This document shows positions 1 through 12,377 of a stretch of DNA of 64,000 bases, one piece after another (position 1 is the first letter of the stretch; each line of letters begins with the position of its first letter). Made by a program: the position numbers and the translations under genes. The notes below the pieces were generated by a model that did not search any database, was not told where the DNA came from, and saw only the letters and a list, made by a program, of their open reading frames with translations. Source of the stretch: Camelus dromedarius (taxonomy: Eukaryota); the NCBI RefSeq assembly GCF_036321535.1, contig NC_087437.1, positions 87,112,001 through 87,176,000 of the forward strand, given 5' to 3'.

Positions 1-3000
1 AAGAGAAGACTACAAGGCAAGCTCACAATTATGTTTCTCTAGTATATATTTAAACTACTAAACAATTCTCTTGGGTTTGAAGACCTGGTTTAAGTAGATT
101 ACTGTGTAAAAATGTCTTGTAAATATAAATTGTAAATACAAAATAGGGAAGACTCTCCCCTTTCCTAATATTCCTCCTTCCACCCTATGCCATATTGCTC
201 AGGCAAGAGGACAGTCCAGTCCAGTCCAATTCAAGTAACTGAATGATGTTTAAAGACATGCTTTCCCTATAGGATAACCTTTATTTTAGTTCAGATTTAG
301 TGAGATTGAAGCCTCCAGTTTTCTGACCATGAGTAATTAAGAGATATTTATAAAAGGGGTAGTCACACTTTGAAAGATGGCCTAAGTATATTAAATGCTG
401 TCAATATGGTGTTACTTCAAAAAGTTTTACTGTACTTACATAGAGTTAGCGCTGTATGGACAGGAACTTTTAAACTATTTTAGCAATAATTTCAGGATTT
501 ACTAGACATATAATTATAAGTAGATACATTCATTATATAGCCTCTCCTATATTTACAGTAAATATAACATCACAGAAGGAAATAATACTAATCACAAAAC
601 TACATATATAAAAATTATTTTCTATTTGATCAGTACAGAGGAGAGTGATGTCAGGCATGTATCATTATCGGCTGACACTAATTTTTTAACTAAGCGAAGC
701 AAATTCCAAGGTATGTTTCTAAAACATTTTAATAAGAGCTTATAGAATTTTACTTTGACATTAAGTATGAGGTCTAAATGTGAATTAAAGAGATTATTTT
801 AGTGTGGAGAAACACAAATTCAAAAGGCTAAAAGAAAAGTGAAAATATTGTTCATCATTTTCTAGTATTATTTTTATCAAATTGTGAGGTTCAATGGTCA
901 GAGCAAATGGCTGTATCTGATATTATTTATGAAGGCTCTAATTAAGAAGGTTCAATGTTCCTTCCTTTTCTGTGATTTCTTCACCTAAAATATATAGTAT
1001 GTTTAAAAAATGGAAAGAAAGCAGCTAGTTCAACTCCACAGTGCAAGACAATGAGCCAACATATCATGTGATTTTGCTACTATTTGAAAAAGAAAAAGCT
1101 AACTCTATTTTTCTCTTTTCCAAATAAACTAACCACAAACCATAATTTCAAATAGATTTTCTTAATTTTGAGTTTATCTTTACCTATAAATTTCCCTATT
1201 AATTAACTAAATTCAGTTTCTAAGCCAACATGAAACAAAGTTATTATTTAGGAAAATTTATAGACACATCTCCCTAAATTGCTCCCTATTTACTTGAAAG
1301 AATATCTTAAAGTTTACATTTTCATAAGAAATTGACAATTGATCTTGACTCCCTTGTAAGTACAGCTTTCTAACAAATATAAATATGTAGTCTAAAGCTC
1401 AAGCTATACTGCATGTCTTCACAGATGCTAAAGGAACAGGAGTGCACTAATGATTAAAGGCTGTCCTAAGCCGGGCATGTTTTTTGAGAACTTTCATTCT
1501 TTTACTTTAAAAGAAAATGTAACTTTGAGATGGGAGGAGGGCATGGTGTTGGTGTGAATTACATGCATCTTTCAATCTAGTAAATCCATTCTTTTCAAAG
1601 AAAACCTCAAGACTTCCTAAAATATAAGTGTACTGTATCTGTCTCACTCATGTACTTGAGGGATTTTATCATTGGGAAAAAGAAAAAAGGGATAATACAC
1701 TAAAGCATATAATTTATAGTTATTAACAGAAAAAACTTTGCTTTTTAAAATGTAAACTTATAACTCCTGCTGGGATCAGAAGTATCATTTGCAGAACTCT
1801 TTTAACCAGTGTTTCACCTCTCCACTTGCCAATGCATAAATCTTTTTCTATTGCTTGGAATAGCTAAATGGCATCTGGCAATGGGGAATCACTAAACTGG
1901 GGGCAGGGGGAAGTAAAGTAAGTTTAAAGAAAATCAGCTAGAAGAACTAAGTTCTATCAATGTTTTCCCTGAATTATTTTCATCCTTTATACTATTACCT
2001 TAAATGAAATACATGACATATACATCACATTAAACATATATGTTCACAAATATATATATATATATGAAGTCTTAAAGATGAACAATGAATTCCCTGAAAA
2101 CCATTTTGTACCTTCTGTTGACATCTACTAAGGTAAGAGCATGACAAACTTGAACAATATTTAAAAAATATGAATGGACAAAAAGTTCAATGTTTTCTAA
2201 TTCTTAAGGACTTTGAAAAAATATCTAGGAATAAAAAACACACTGAAATAGCAACTGGCAAATGGGATATAAGTTTTTTTTAACCAAATTTATTTTGCAT
2301 CTGTATTCTACTTGAGGATTTTCTTTTTTTAACACAAATAGCCAAAAATATAAAATATTCTCTCTTCTTCTGAAATTTAGTCTAGCATAATATATGCTTA
2401 AATGTGGTCCAAACCAGTCTTGGTATTCAACATTTCTCAAAGAATTCAATGAAACATTAACTATCATTGTTCTTGGCAAGCATATGTGGAAATTTGGAAA
2501 TGGTTTGCAGTATGAGAAATATATAGAATCATGTTTACTCTGTAAATATATTTCATATTTCTTTTTAAAAGAAATGTTCCTGTAATGATGACATTTTTGC
2601 TTTATAATTTACTATTCCTGAATAGAAGAACTATAGAAACTAAAACTCAAAGTATAATTCATGATTTTCTTTCTCTTAGGTTGTATGTACCACAATTATT
2701 TTTATTCATATATGCTCCATTTAAAAAGACAAAACAAAATAATGTGATTAATAATAAATGTATATAATACATTTAAATAGGAATATCCTGAGATACTTGG
2801 AATAATAAAATGCTCCATATATTTTTCTTTTACATTGAATATATGGCTATAATGTTCATCTATTTCAGTTTTACATCCACATACGACAGTATTATAGAGT
2901 AAAAGCAAGATATGCCAATGGATTAACTTATTCTATGCAAGACAAACTAACAAAACTTCAAGTTTTTATTAAAATAAAAATGGTATTGGATATTATTGTG

Positions 3001-3044
3001 AATTATCCTTGATTGCTTAATACATTTATCTTTATAATCCTTTG

Positions 3045-3255
3045 AGTGTTGAAAGCGTTAGGCTCAGTAATCAAATTGACTTCTGTTTAAATCAGAGTTT
3101 TACCCTTTACTGACAATGTTACCTTGGAGAAATTACTTAATGTCTCTGAAATATGATTCTATCTCTATTAATTAGATTTACATCACCTACCTTCAGTGTT
3201 GAGATATTATGTAAAACATATCTGACACATAATATGCCTTCATAGATTTTAGTCA
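3045..3255 (+). mobile_element. MIR SINE
   Basis: Core tgttaccttggagaaattacttaatgtctctga. Confidence 0.7.
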
Positions 3256-3789
3256 CTCTTCTCATATATCATGTTCAATGTTTGTATGTGGTAAATTAAT
3301 TTGGCCCAGAATTGTTACTGTGATCAAAACATCTATCACTTTCTATAAGTTATTATATTAGTCTCCTACTTTAAAGGAACAACTATAATCTATTTGAAAG
3401 GTTAAAAACAAATCCTGAAAAGAAGTATTTTTCCCACAGGTTCTGATTTAAGAGGGTTTGTTTTCCTCTTGCCTTGTTTTTTTCTGTTTTTGTTTGTTTG
3501 TTTGTTTTTTAATATAGGGGATTTTGATGTAAAACAAGAAAAAAAAAAAACAAGCAAAAATCCAATAGTTTTACAAGAGTAAGTCCAGAATTTTGATTAT
3601 TGAATTTCTGAAGACTTTTAAATTTTGAAGAGTAGAATTGTTAAACATGATTCTGTATATCTAACTACTTAGATCTAAGGCTGAACCTTTTGTTTCTAGT
3701 CCCAGGAAATGAATTCTATATCTACTGTTTCTAACAATTCCACAAAAAAATGTTAATATTTGCTAACTATGCAGACTCATAAAATGGGC

Positions 3790-4540
3790 TATAGAGCTTA
3801 CTTGGATGAACATGACTAATCCTTCTTGTCAATTTGCAGTCTCACAGAAAGACATCACCAATTCATTGGAAGAAATGTTAGCATTCTAGGGTCAGTTGAG
3901 GCTTCACATAGAAGTGGTACTGGAGACAAAAATACTGAAAAAAAAATATGGTAGGATTTTATATCTGGAAACCATCCCAGGAAAGATGGTAATAGAAAAA
4001 AGGCCTGAGTATGAGCAGTGATGAGAGATTTGGGCCCTTTTAAGGAAATTCTGATATATTTAATTCAGTTTGTTGAACTTGGAGGGATCTCCAGTTTGGC
4101 TAGGTCTAGTACTAGGTCAGTACAGGATAGCAGTAGGAATAAGAACAGAAGGTAACTGAGACTAGATTCTTGAAAGCCCAGTTGAGGAATTTGGTAAGCA
4201 AAGAAAGACCATGAGGATTTAAGTAAGATAAATACAACAACAAATTAGAAAAATTAATCTTGCTCTCCATCATAGGATAGATAAAGGTAAAGATACCAAA
4301 AGGACCACCACCACCACCTCCACCAACAACAATAACAACAACAATTAGTAATACCTTAGTAATACATGTGGGAACTGCTGAAGTCCTAAAACAGAGTGGA
4401 AGATAGGCAGATTGGCCAATAAATATGAAAGAAGGAATCAACTCACTAAGTGTGTGAGGATAGTTAAGTCCATAAAGTTTCTGTGATTCTAAGCAAGGAA
4501 TAAAGGAGCTTTTGCTACTGAGGAAAGGGGACTCAGAGGA
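3790..4540 (-). mobile_element. Degenerate L2 fragments
   Basis: Purine-rich L2-like motifs (ttcttgaaagcccagttgaggaatttgg), interrupted by a (CCA)/(CAA) repeat. Confidence 0.4.
4304..4344. repeat. (CCA)n/(CAA)n trinucleotide repeat
   Basis: accaccaccaccacctccaccaacaacaataacaacaacaa. Confidence 0.85.
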
Positions 4541-4715
4541 GCTAATTCTGTAGGGAGGATGCTGATTTTGGTGTTGGATAAAATTAACCACCTTTTAAAA
4601 TTTTAACACAAAATTGACTAGCCTCATTTGAGAATGTGGTACTAGAAATAGAGCTTCAATTAAAAGACCTTAAAAACTGGAAATTTCTGATGATATGGGA
4701 TAGCTGACAGTATCC

Positions 4716-5262
4716 TACAATGGACAATGTTGGTGGCTAATTCAGCACCCATCGTATCTTATTACTTTCTGACACAACTTCAAGTATCCATAATCTACCC
4801 TCCACCCCCTTGCAGTCATAACCTTTAGAAATCTGATTCTACCACAGCTGTAAGGATGGAGGAGTGACTATTTCAGGACAGTGAATGGTTGAGCAATGAG
4901 CATGTGACATGGTTCTAGTCAATAAGATATGGTGAAAAGTCATCAGGGGAAATTCTAGGAAAAAATATCCTCTCTTCTAAGAGAAAACCTAGGAAGACCA
5001 TCTCTCTTCTGGGTAGAAATCCTGGAATTGCCACAATCACTTTACTACCAGCCCCCAATGATGAAGCTGCAGGGATTATGGCTGAGTAGAGAAAGAAACC
5101 ACATTCATTATGATATTGTTGATTTCTGATAATAATATAGCTGAAACACATCCTATCTCTGGACTTTCTTCCAGGTAAAGTTGGATACATTTTCTTATTG
5201 TTTGTGCTGGTTCAATTAGGGGTATCTGTTGTTATACCCCAATGCATTCCAACTGCTAAATA
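4716..5262 (+). mobile_element. MLT1 (MLT1J/K/L-like) ERVL-MaLR solo LTR
   Basis: Motifs catgtgacatggttctagtcaataagat and cctatctctggactttctt, and terminus tctgttgttataccccaatgcattccaactgcta. Confidence 0.7.
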
Positions 5263-5869
5263 CATTTGAAAGGATTTGAGATGCCAAAGGACCAAAGGGA
5301 AATAAAAAATGGAGACAGAGTACTGGCAACTGGAAGTTCATGTCTTAAATTGGGAAAAAATAGTCAATGTAGACCCATATTGTGGGGATTAGAAAAGAAC
5401 GAGGGGTGATAAATCACTGAGCAAAGTTTCTAGAATGAGTCTGGTGATCAATAGAGCACTTGCTTCAGAGAGATCAGAGAAGACAGTAATTGAAAAAAAA
5501 GGTCATTGGTTTGGAACCTAAAAGTCTCACACTGTGAACTCCAAGAACATTATTTTCATACAGTACCACAAGTCAAAAATGGGCAAGGACTTTATGGTGA
5601 AAAGTACAGGCAGTAGATGTTACAATTCATTAAGGAAATGATTAGATTTCCTAATTTAGTTTAGATTCAGGAAAGGAGATAAATAGTAGGGTAACCTGAG
5701 AAGATATATTGGGAAAGCATTTTGTTGTTGTTTTTGTTTTAATTGGAAAGATATAAGTATGTTCATTAAAAAAGGGAACAAGGGGTAAATCAAACATCTA
5801 TACCATAAATAGGCAATTGACATAAAGTAATTGAAAATTCCTTTAAGCATCTGTGTTCCCCAAGGCTCC

Positions 5870-6910
5870 AGATGTTAGCATTGTCTTCACTTTCAAGTCT
5901 CTGTGGGCAATCTTATCCACTCCAGATTTTTTTAGCTGAATCTGTTATCGATGAATTTCACAAATCTGCATGTCAAGCACGTCTTTAGCAATGAAATTTA
6001 GACTCAAATTTAAAGTTTGCTTAAAAATTATATTTGGATATCACACAATGATTTGAACTACAAAATGCTCAAAAGTGAATTTGTCACTTTTTTCATATAT
6101 TTTCTCCTTATTTCCTATTTCTTCTTATTAGAAAACTAGGTCACCTAGACTCCTCTTTCCGTAGGTAACCTATTTCCATGGATTTCATATCCTATGTACT
6201 TTTGGGGCCTATACCTTTCTCCTCAGTTTTATAAAACTGGTCTAGATAAGACCATTACCATTTCTTGAATTAATAACCATAGTAGTCTCCATTTTTATAT
6301 ATGTAATTTTCCTCCCATCACAAAAATCTATGTCGATTATTTGTTTTAAGACATTCAGAGCCAACCCCTCACTCCGCAAAAAAAAGCACCTCCCACACAC
6401 TCACATAATAAAGTTGAAGTTCCTAGGATGGTATATGATATGATATTATAATACCTGCCCCCTGTCTATTTCTCAAATGATATTTGCCTGCACCCCTCAC
6501 AGTTGAGACTTCAGCAATACCAAAACACTTGCCATTCTTGTTTACATCTTGTTTCCTACCTTCAGAACTTTGTCATGATATTATCTTATTTCAGGTTCCT
6601 TTATCCATTTCATTTTTATGTGCCTAAGTATATCTGCTAATAATTCTTCAAGTTCCACCTTACAGTTATCTGCTTTTTTAGAATTATTCCCTATCCCCTC
6701 AAGTTGGGCTGAATCTTTTCCAGTCTCAGAGGATGATGTTTTAATCTCTAATGCCTTTAAATGATTCTTTTACTTAACTTCTTCTTTTTCTCCTAAACTG
6801 TTTGGGAATAATGGCTGGGACTTACTTTCTTTTGCAATTGTCTCCAGTTTCATAGAAAAGTCCTGGCACAGAGTAGATGTTCGATAAATACTGGCTGAAT
6901 GGTGCTGAAT
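5870..6910 (+). mobile_element. L2 LINE 3' portion
   Basis: Pyrimidine-rich body (tttggatatcacacaatgatttgaactacaaaatgctcaaaagtgaa) ending cctggcacagagtagatgttcgataaatactggctgaat. Confidence 0.7.
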
Positions 6911-7348
6911 ATTCTTAAGAGATGAAGTCAACAGAATCAGCAGCCCTACATACTACAGCTAACGCTTGCTCTTATTTACATAGTGCATTATATATCTCGA
7001 GCATCAGTGAGAACTCCCAGGACAAGAACTGCAGTTTTGATAGTATCGAGCAAGAAAATACACTGTTTCAAAGAGCGTTAAAATGACATTACTTTCTGAT
7101 GATTTCAAACGTAGTAAGGCTTTTAATTATAACTCACATTTAACTTTCTTAAATGCCATTCACATTTCTGTTAAAGAAAAGCGATGGAAGGTGTGCCCAC
7201 AGTATCACATCAAGTGCAGGGTGGCAACTGTCATGCAGCATATTTATAGGCAAAGCAACTGAACTGCCACAACCCATGGAGATGACGGCGACTTCACTGT
7301 ATCCCTTACAAATTCTTTGACACAACCCAGTGGGAGCGTCAAAGAATT

Positions 7349-7366
7349 AGGCCAGCAGGGGGCCAG
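7349..7366 (+). promoter_or_regulatory. Candidate CTCF binding site
   Basis: AGGCCAGCAGGGGGCCAG matches the CTCF core CCASYAGRKGGC exactly and lies in non-repetitive sequence. Occupancy is unknown. Confidence 0.55.
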
Positions 7367-10300
7367 ATTTATTCAACAGAGGATCATGGTATAGAGAGCT
7401 ACGTTCTATGTCACATTAAAATGACATGGGAGCCTTCAAAATATTACTTTAACTTCCAAATAATTAGCTTTAAACTTCAGAGTTTCATTAGAAATACAAA
7501 ATTTCAACTTCATACCTTGTTTTTTCCTAAAAATAAAAGCATACAAAATAATTAGTTCATAATAGGATTTAATGAGTTGTAAGAGTTTTTTTTTTTTAAT
7601 ACTTTGCTAAAAGGATTTCTTGAAACTTTTGAGTATCTAAAACACTATTTCCCCAATTATAAAATACAACATAAACTTCAAAATTTCATAACTGCATTGG
7701 AAGTCTTTACTGGGGCTTTTAGCCCAGTGTGATGTTTCTTGGCCATGTTAAAATCTTCAGTCATATGAACAAAAATGCAGAAGATGGCATAATTGTAACA
7801 ATTCCACATATTATGTGAAAGTTATGTCACTTTCTCAGAGTGATTCCCTTTGAAAAGTATTTCTGTGGTTTAATTGAGCATATCAGAGTCACGTGACATG
7901 AGAGAAAAGTAAAGAGGAATTGGGATTCTGGCCTATCCTTTCAGTAAAAGACTTTCTCCAGCATCTAACTGTGGGTCTAATTTATTCTCCTGAGATTTCC
8001 CATTCTAGTATTTCTAAATGATCTCGTATATGGCAGGGTTTTAAGTAACGTTAATATGCTCTTGGTCTTACATCATAGGCAAGGAATCAGAAAAGCTGTC
8101 CTTGTACAATTTGACCCAATTCCCTAAAGACTTCTTAACCTGAAGCAAAATCCATTTAACCAGCCAAGGCCAGCACTCTGATCGTGGTTACTGCCAGCTG
8201 GATGCCCAGTTCCATCCAGTGTACAAAGGCATCCACATCAACTCCAGATAATCCTGAAATGTCAGACTTAATTCACACTTCAGAGAAAGTGTTATAGACT
8301 AATCTTGCCTGTGGCAGTAGGATTTTTCACAATTATGAGAATCAACTAGATTTTTATATTTGTTCTCTCTCACCAGACCAACCAACAGAAAGGATCTTGT
8401 AATTTTTATTCCCTTTTCATTTCATTATTTTCAAGGTGGAAATAATCTCATTGGTAATGTATGAATATGTTTAACATTTATAACATTAACCATTTACAAG
8501 ATATAGAAAGCCATTTTATAAGATTTGAATGTATCAACATTTGAAAATAGCATAATGTTATTTTTAAGATTATTAGCTCTGAAACGCTTTAAAAGAAAAA
8601 TAAAGCACTGACATATTTTGTACTTTTCTACTCTCTTTCCTTCAAATATTGTTCAAAGAATTGTATGTCTGGATACTCTAGAATGTATAATGATAACAGC
8701 TGAAAGTGTATTTCCTAAAATAAGGATATAAAAGACACATAAACTTTTAATGTGACTCAAAGTTTTTTAAAAAGACCAAGTGTGTGCTAATTATGGCTAT
8801 GATTGACAAGTTCTATGCTATTTATGTTTTTAAAAAAATGAAATAAAAGTGAATCAGAACCATGACAGACACTGATATTCTGGTTTGATTCGTCTTCAGT
8901 TTTAAATGTTTCTTTAAGAATATCCAACCATACTTCCCCTTTCTGCAATCCTCTTTAATAATTCAGATTGACCTGAATGACCTCAAGTTATGGGAGCACA
9001 ACTGTTCATCTGGAAGGTTAACTGCAATTGAACTTTGCCCAAAACAATCTGTTCAACTTCACTGTCATAAGAAAAAGTGTCACTTCATTTTCAAAAACAA
9101 ATGCTTAGCACAAAAGACAGAATTAAAAAAAAAAAAAAAGCCAATACCTCCATCAGGAGCATTCAGTTGTGCTGCATGTAACTGACAAGAGGCTTGCACC
9201 GTACGGTTGCCACTAATGAAGTTGTGTATTACACCACGATTACTGGTATTAGCACCACAGTGGCTAAAATAATATTTTAATATAAGAAACAAAGATATTT
9301 TGAAATACTTCTTTATATTTTCTTCTCCATTCCTTGTATTAGTATTTGTAGAAACACTACCATACAAATTTTATAATCACTAAATTAGCAACTTTGTAAA
9401 TAGAAATAAAAAAAATGAACTTATTTGTTTCAAGAATTAATAGATGGTATAAAAGTACTTTTAAAAGTTCTCCTCTTTATTTTACTAGAAAAATTAATCC
9501 AAATATATTGGATGCATAAAATTATGTGATCCAGGTGATATAATTAATTCATATCATTTTAAAATCACACTACTTAAAGTTTAAAATATTAGCACATACA
9601 GGCTTGTCTGATTCAAGTTTTAAACATAAGGAAAATAAACATAAAATATAATAAAGTTACTAACTTTCTTTCAGATTTCATAAAAATAGATACTCTTGGA
9701 AACCTAGTTCTATCACTGACTTAAAAACCATTTTAATTTTGTTAAAATCTTTAAGTATAGGCCAATCTCTCCCAATATTTCATCAGAATTAAACCTGTGC
9801 ATCAATAATGTAATATAAAGTCAGTATTGCTGAAGTATAAAATGAGATTTAATGGCAATATTTCCATGCTTTCAAATGCAAAATAATCGAATTCCTAAGG
9901 TCCAAATCACAGCACTATGTTGGTGAATGATAAAAAAAAAAAAGCATTGTCGGAGGTAGTATGAAAGAAAAACTAAAGGAGGAGGCTTTGTTTTTTTCCT
10001 GAGTGAAAATAATTTCATACTTTACTAAATAAAATGAATAAAAGGTTATGAAAGCACAAGTGGTGAGATGAGTGAACCCTGGGAGTGACATGTTTGCCTA
10101 ATACCTGTCCAATGACTTGGAGAATCCCACCCAATCCGAGGTTTTGACTAATTATAAACTTTAGAAAACAAGAATTATAAAGGAACTGCTAAAACATTAT
10201 CTTGCAGTGCCAACTGGACATGGTTTTCACAGTGAACGTTACAGTAATTTTTTAACTTTCGTATTTGAAACATTAATATCAGTGTGTGTCTCCTAACAAG

Positions 10301-10889
10301 GAATTAGTATTATTTTTAACAGGAATAGTCTATGGATTTTTGCCTGTAGCGGGAATGGCTGTCTCAGTAGAATTACAGTTCTCGTCTTCAAACTGGTTTA
10401 AAAATCATCAGCTCATATTGCAGCATTTGTAGCAATTAGGTAAATACATTACTCTTTAGCCTTTGAGTTGGATTCCCAACTCTGCCAACTATGCATTTCC
10501 CTTCATATCCTCATTGATTGGAAAGCACCTTAAAAGAATCAGCCTAGGCTTGAAATCAGCATTTTATTGCACTAAAGGATAACTTAATCTTGTTTTCTGA
10601 AACAGGGAAGTAAATTTTATTTACCATCCCATCAATACGAGTGTGAGACTTGAGATTTATAATTTTGCCTGATGGTCCCTTTAGTTTATCTCTAGGGAGA
10701 AAAATAAATTATTCAATAATTAGAGGAAATAGTTTCTTGAGATATATTTTTCTCTTATATTGTTGTTTGGGAAAAAACCTTATAATAAAATATATTATAT
10801 GTTTACCTCCTTGTGTTGCAAGAATGATGAACTATTTAAATGACAAACAAAGAATGTGCATTACCTTCTTTCAAAACCATGTAGCAGGA

Positions 10890-11055
10890 GCTAATAAGGA
10901 ATTGACTGATACATCATCTAGGTTTCTCCATTTTTTTAATGGAAAAAATAATAGTACTTGGCAGAGAGGGTTGTTATGAAGATTAAATATATCAGTATAT
11001 CTGAAAATGCTAAAACTGCCTGGCATGAAGTAAGAACCCAATAAATACTGGTGTT
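10890..11055 (+). mobile_element. MIR SINE
   Basis: ggtttctccat...aataatagtact...agggttgttatgaagattaaat...tgcctggcatgaagtaag. Confidence 0.75.
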
Positions 11056-12336
11056 AGTAGTGGGGGTGGATTAATTAGATAGTAGTATTAGTTGTAGAGG
11101 TAGAAATAGTTGAGGTGTTACGTAGTTCTTGGCGTTGGTGGTGGACGTAATAGAAGCAGTTATGACAGCATTGCTAAAATATATAAACATCACCAGCACC
11201 ATAGTAAATTTTAGCTAAATGCACTGGATCAGGGGCAAATGTCAATCAATTCTCAATTACCTAAAATTCAGCTACAGGAAGTTAAAAGAGATTGGCTGAT
11301 TCACTGATTAATATGTGGTACAAAAATTCCCACCAGAAACATGGAGGTAATTGGGTTCTGAGTAAAATAGCTAATCGCCTTTTCTTATTCTCCCTGAGGA
11401 AAAACAAGAAGAAATCAAGTAGAAGAAACATTAAAAAATTACATTGCTATTCAATGAGTGATTCTGGTTTGTTTTCGTTTTTGATATTTAGACTAGATAT
11501 CAGACTGCTTCAAATTAATAGAATGGCTATACTGTTGTGAGGAAGCTGCAAGGTATATAATGCATTCTTCGGGAAAATAACATGTTTTAAAAAGGAAAAG
11601 ATGAAGTGTGCCTCTGTAAAACAAAACAAACTTTTTGATTTAGTTTGTTATCTATGTGTTTAGTTTTCAAGAAGCACTGTGTTGCTTTAAGCATTTCTGA
11701 TTTACTGTTTCAGAAACTTGCTCTATCGTGATTACTGAAACTGTCTCAAATCAGCTTGTGGATCTTCATAACTTAAATCAGTGCTGCTTTGTATTATTTT
11801 TATGGACAACCAATTATCAGTAATTCCTATTACATTACTATTATTCTTCTATTACTCAGACATACACATAATTATAATCTTAAATAGATGGAGTATGATT
11901 TTATTTCTTTACTCTATTCCCATTTCTCTCATATAATCCATATCTCATAAATGAGTATGTTCTTTTGCATAATTAGAAAAAATAATACATGATAGATGTA
12001 TTATTTTGTGGTAGAGTAAAAACACCTTATAGTAGGTACATTAGAAATTAGTCACATAAAGGAGAAAACACTATTTTATGTGTTGTAAAATGTAATTTTT
12101 ATATTTAATAGTGCATTTCACTCTTTCAAAGGCTAGGAATATATTACACGTCTTGTATGCATAAATGATACTATATGTTGTGTAACAGTACATGTATTTC
12201 AAAAGTTATGTTTATTCTAGAAATCTTAATTGCATTAATTATGCATTTTTCCCATTAAAACAGTCAATGAAGCAAGCATTACAGTTACGGGAAGCCTTAC
12301 AGACAACGGCTCAGGAAGTAATTTTCCACACACATG

Positions 12337-12340
<4 letters not shown>

Positions 12341-12374
<34 letters not shown>
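12341..12374. repeat. (CA)17 microsatellite
   Basis: Read directly. Confidence 0.95.

Positions 12375-12377
<3 letters not shown>

Noticed and set aside
4112..4591. 159-aa minus-strand ORF with a poly-Gly/Val run
   Set aside because: It derives from a (CCA)/(CAA) microsatellite within degenerate L2-like sequence and has no coding signature.
9198..9207. 10-bp palindrome ACCGTACGGT
   Set aside because: Eye-catching in CpG-poor DNA, but short palindromes are expected by chance and there is no supporting context.
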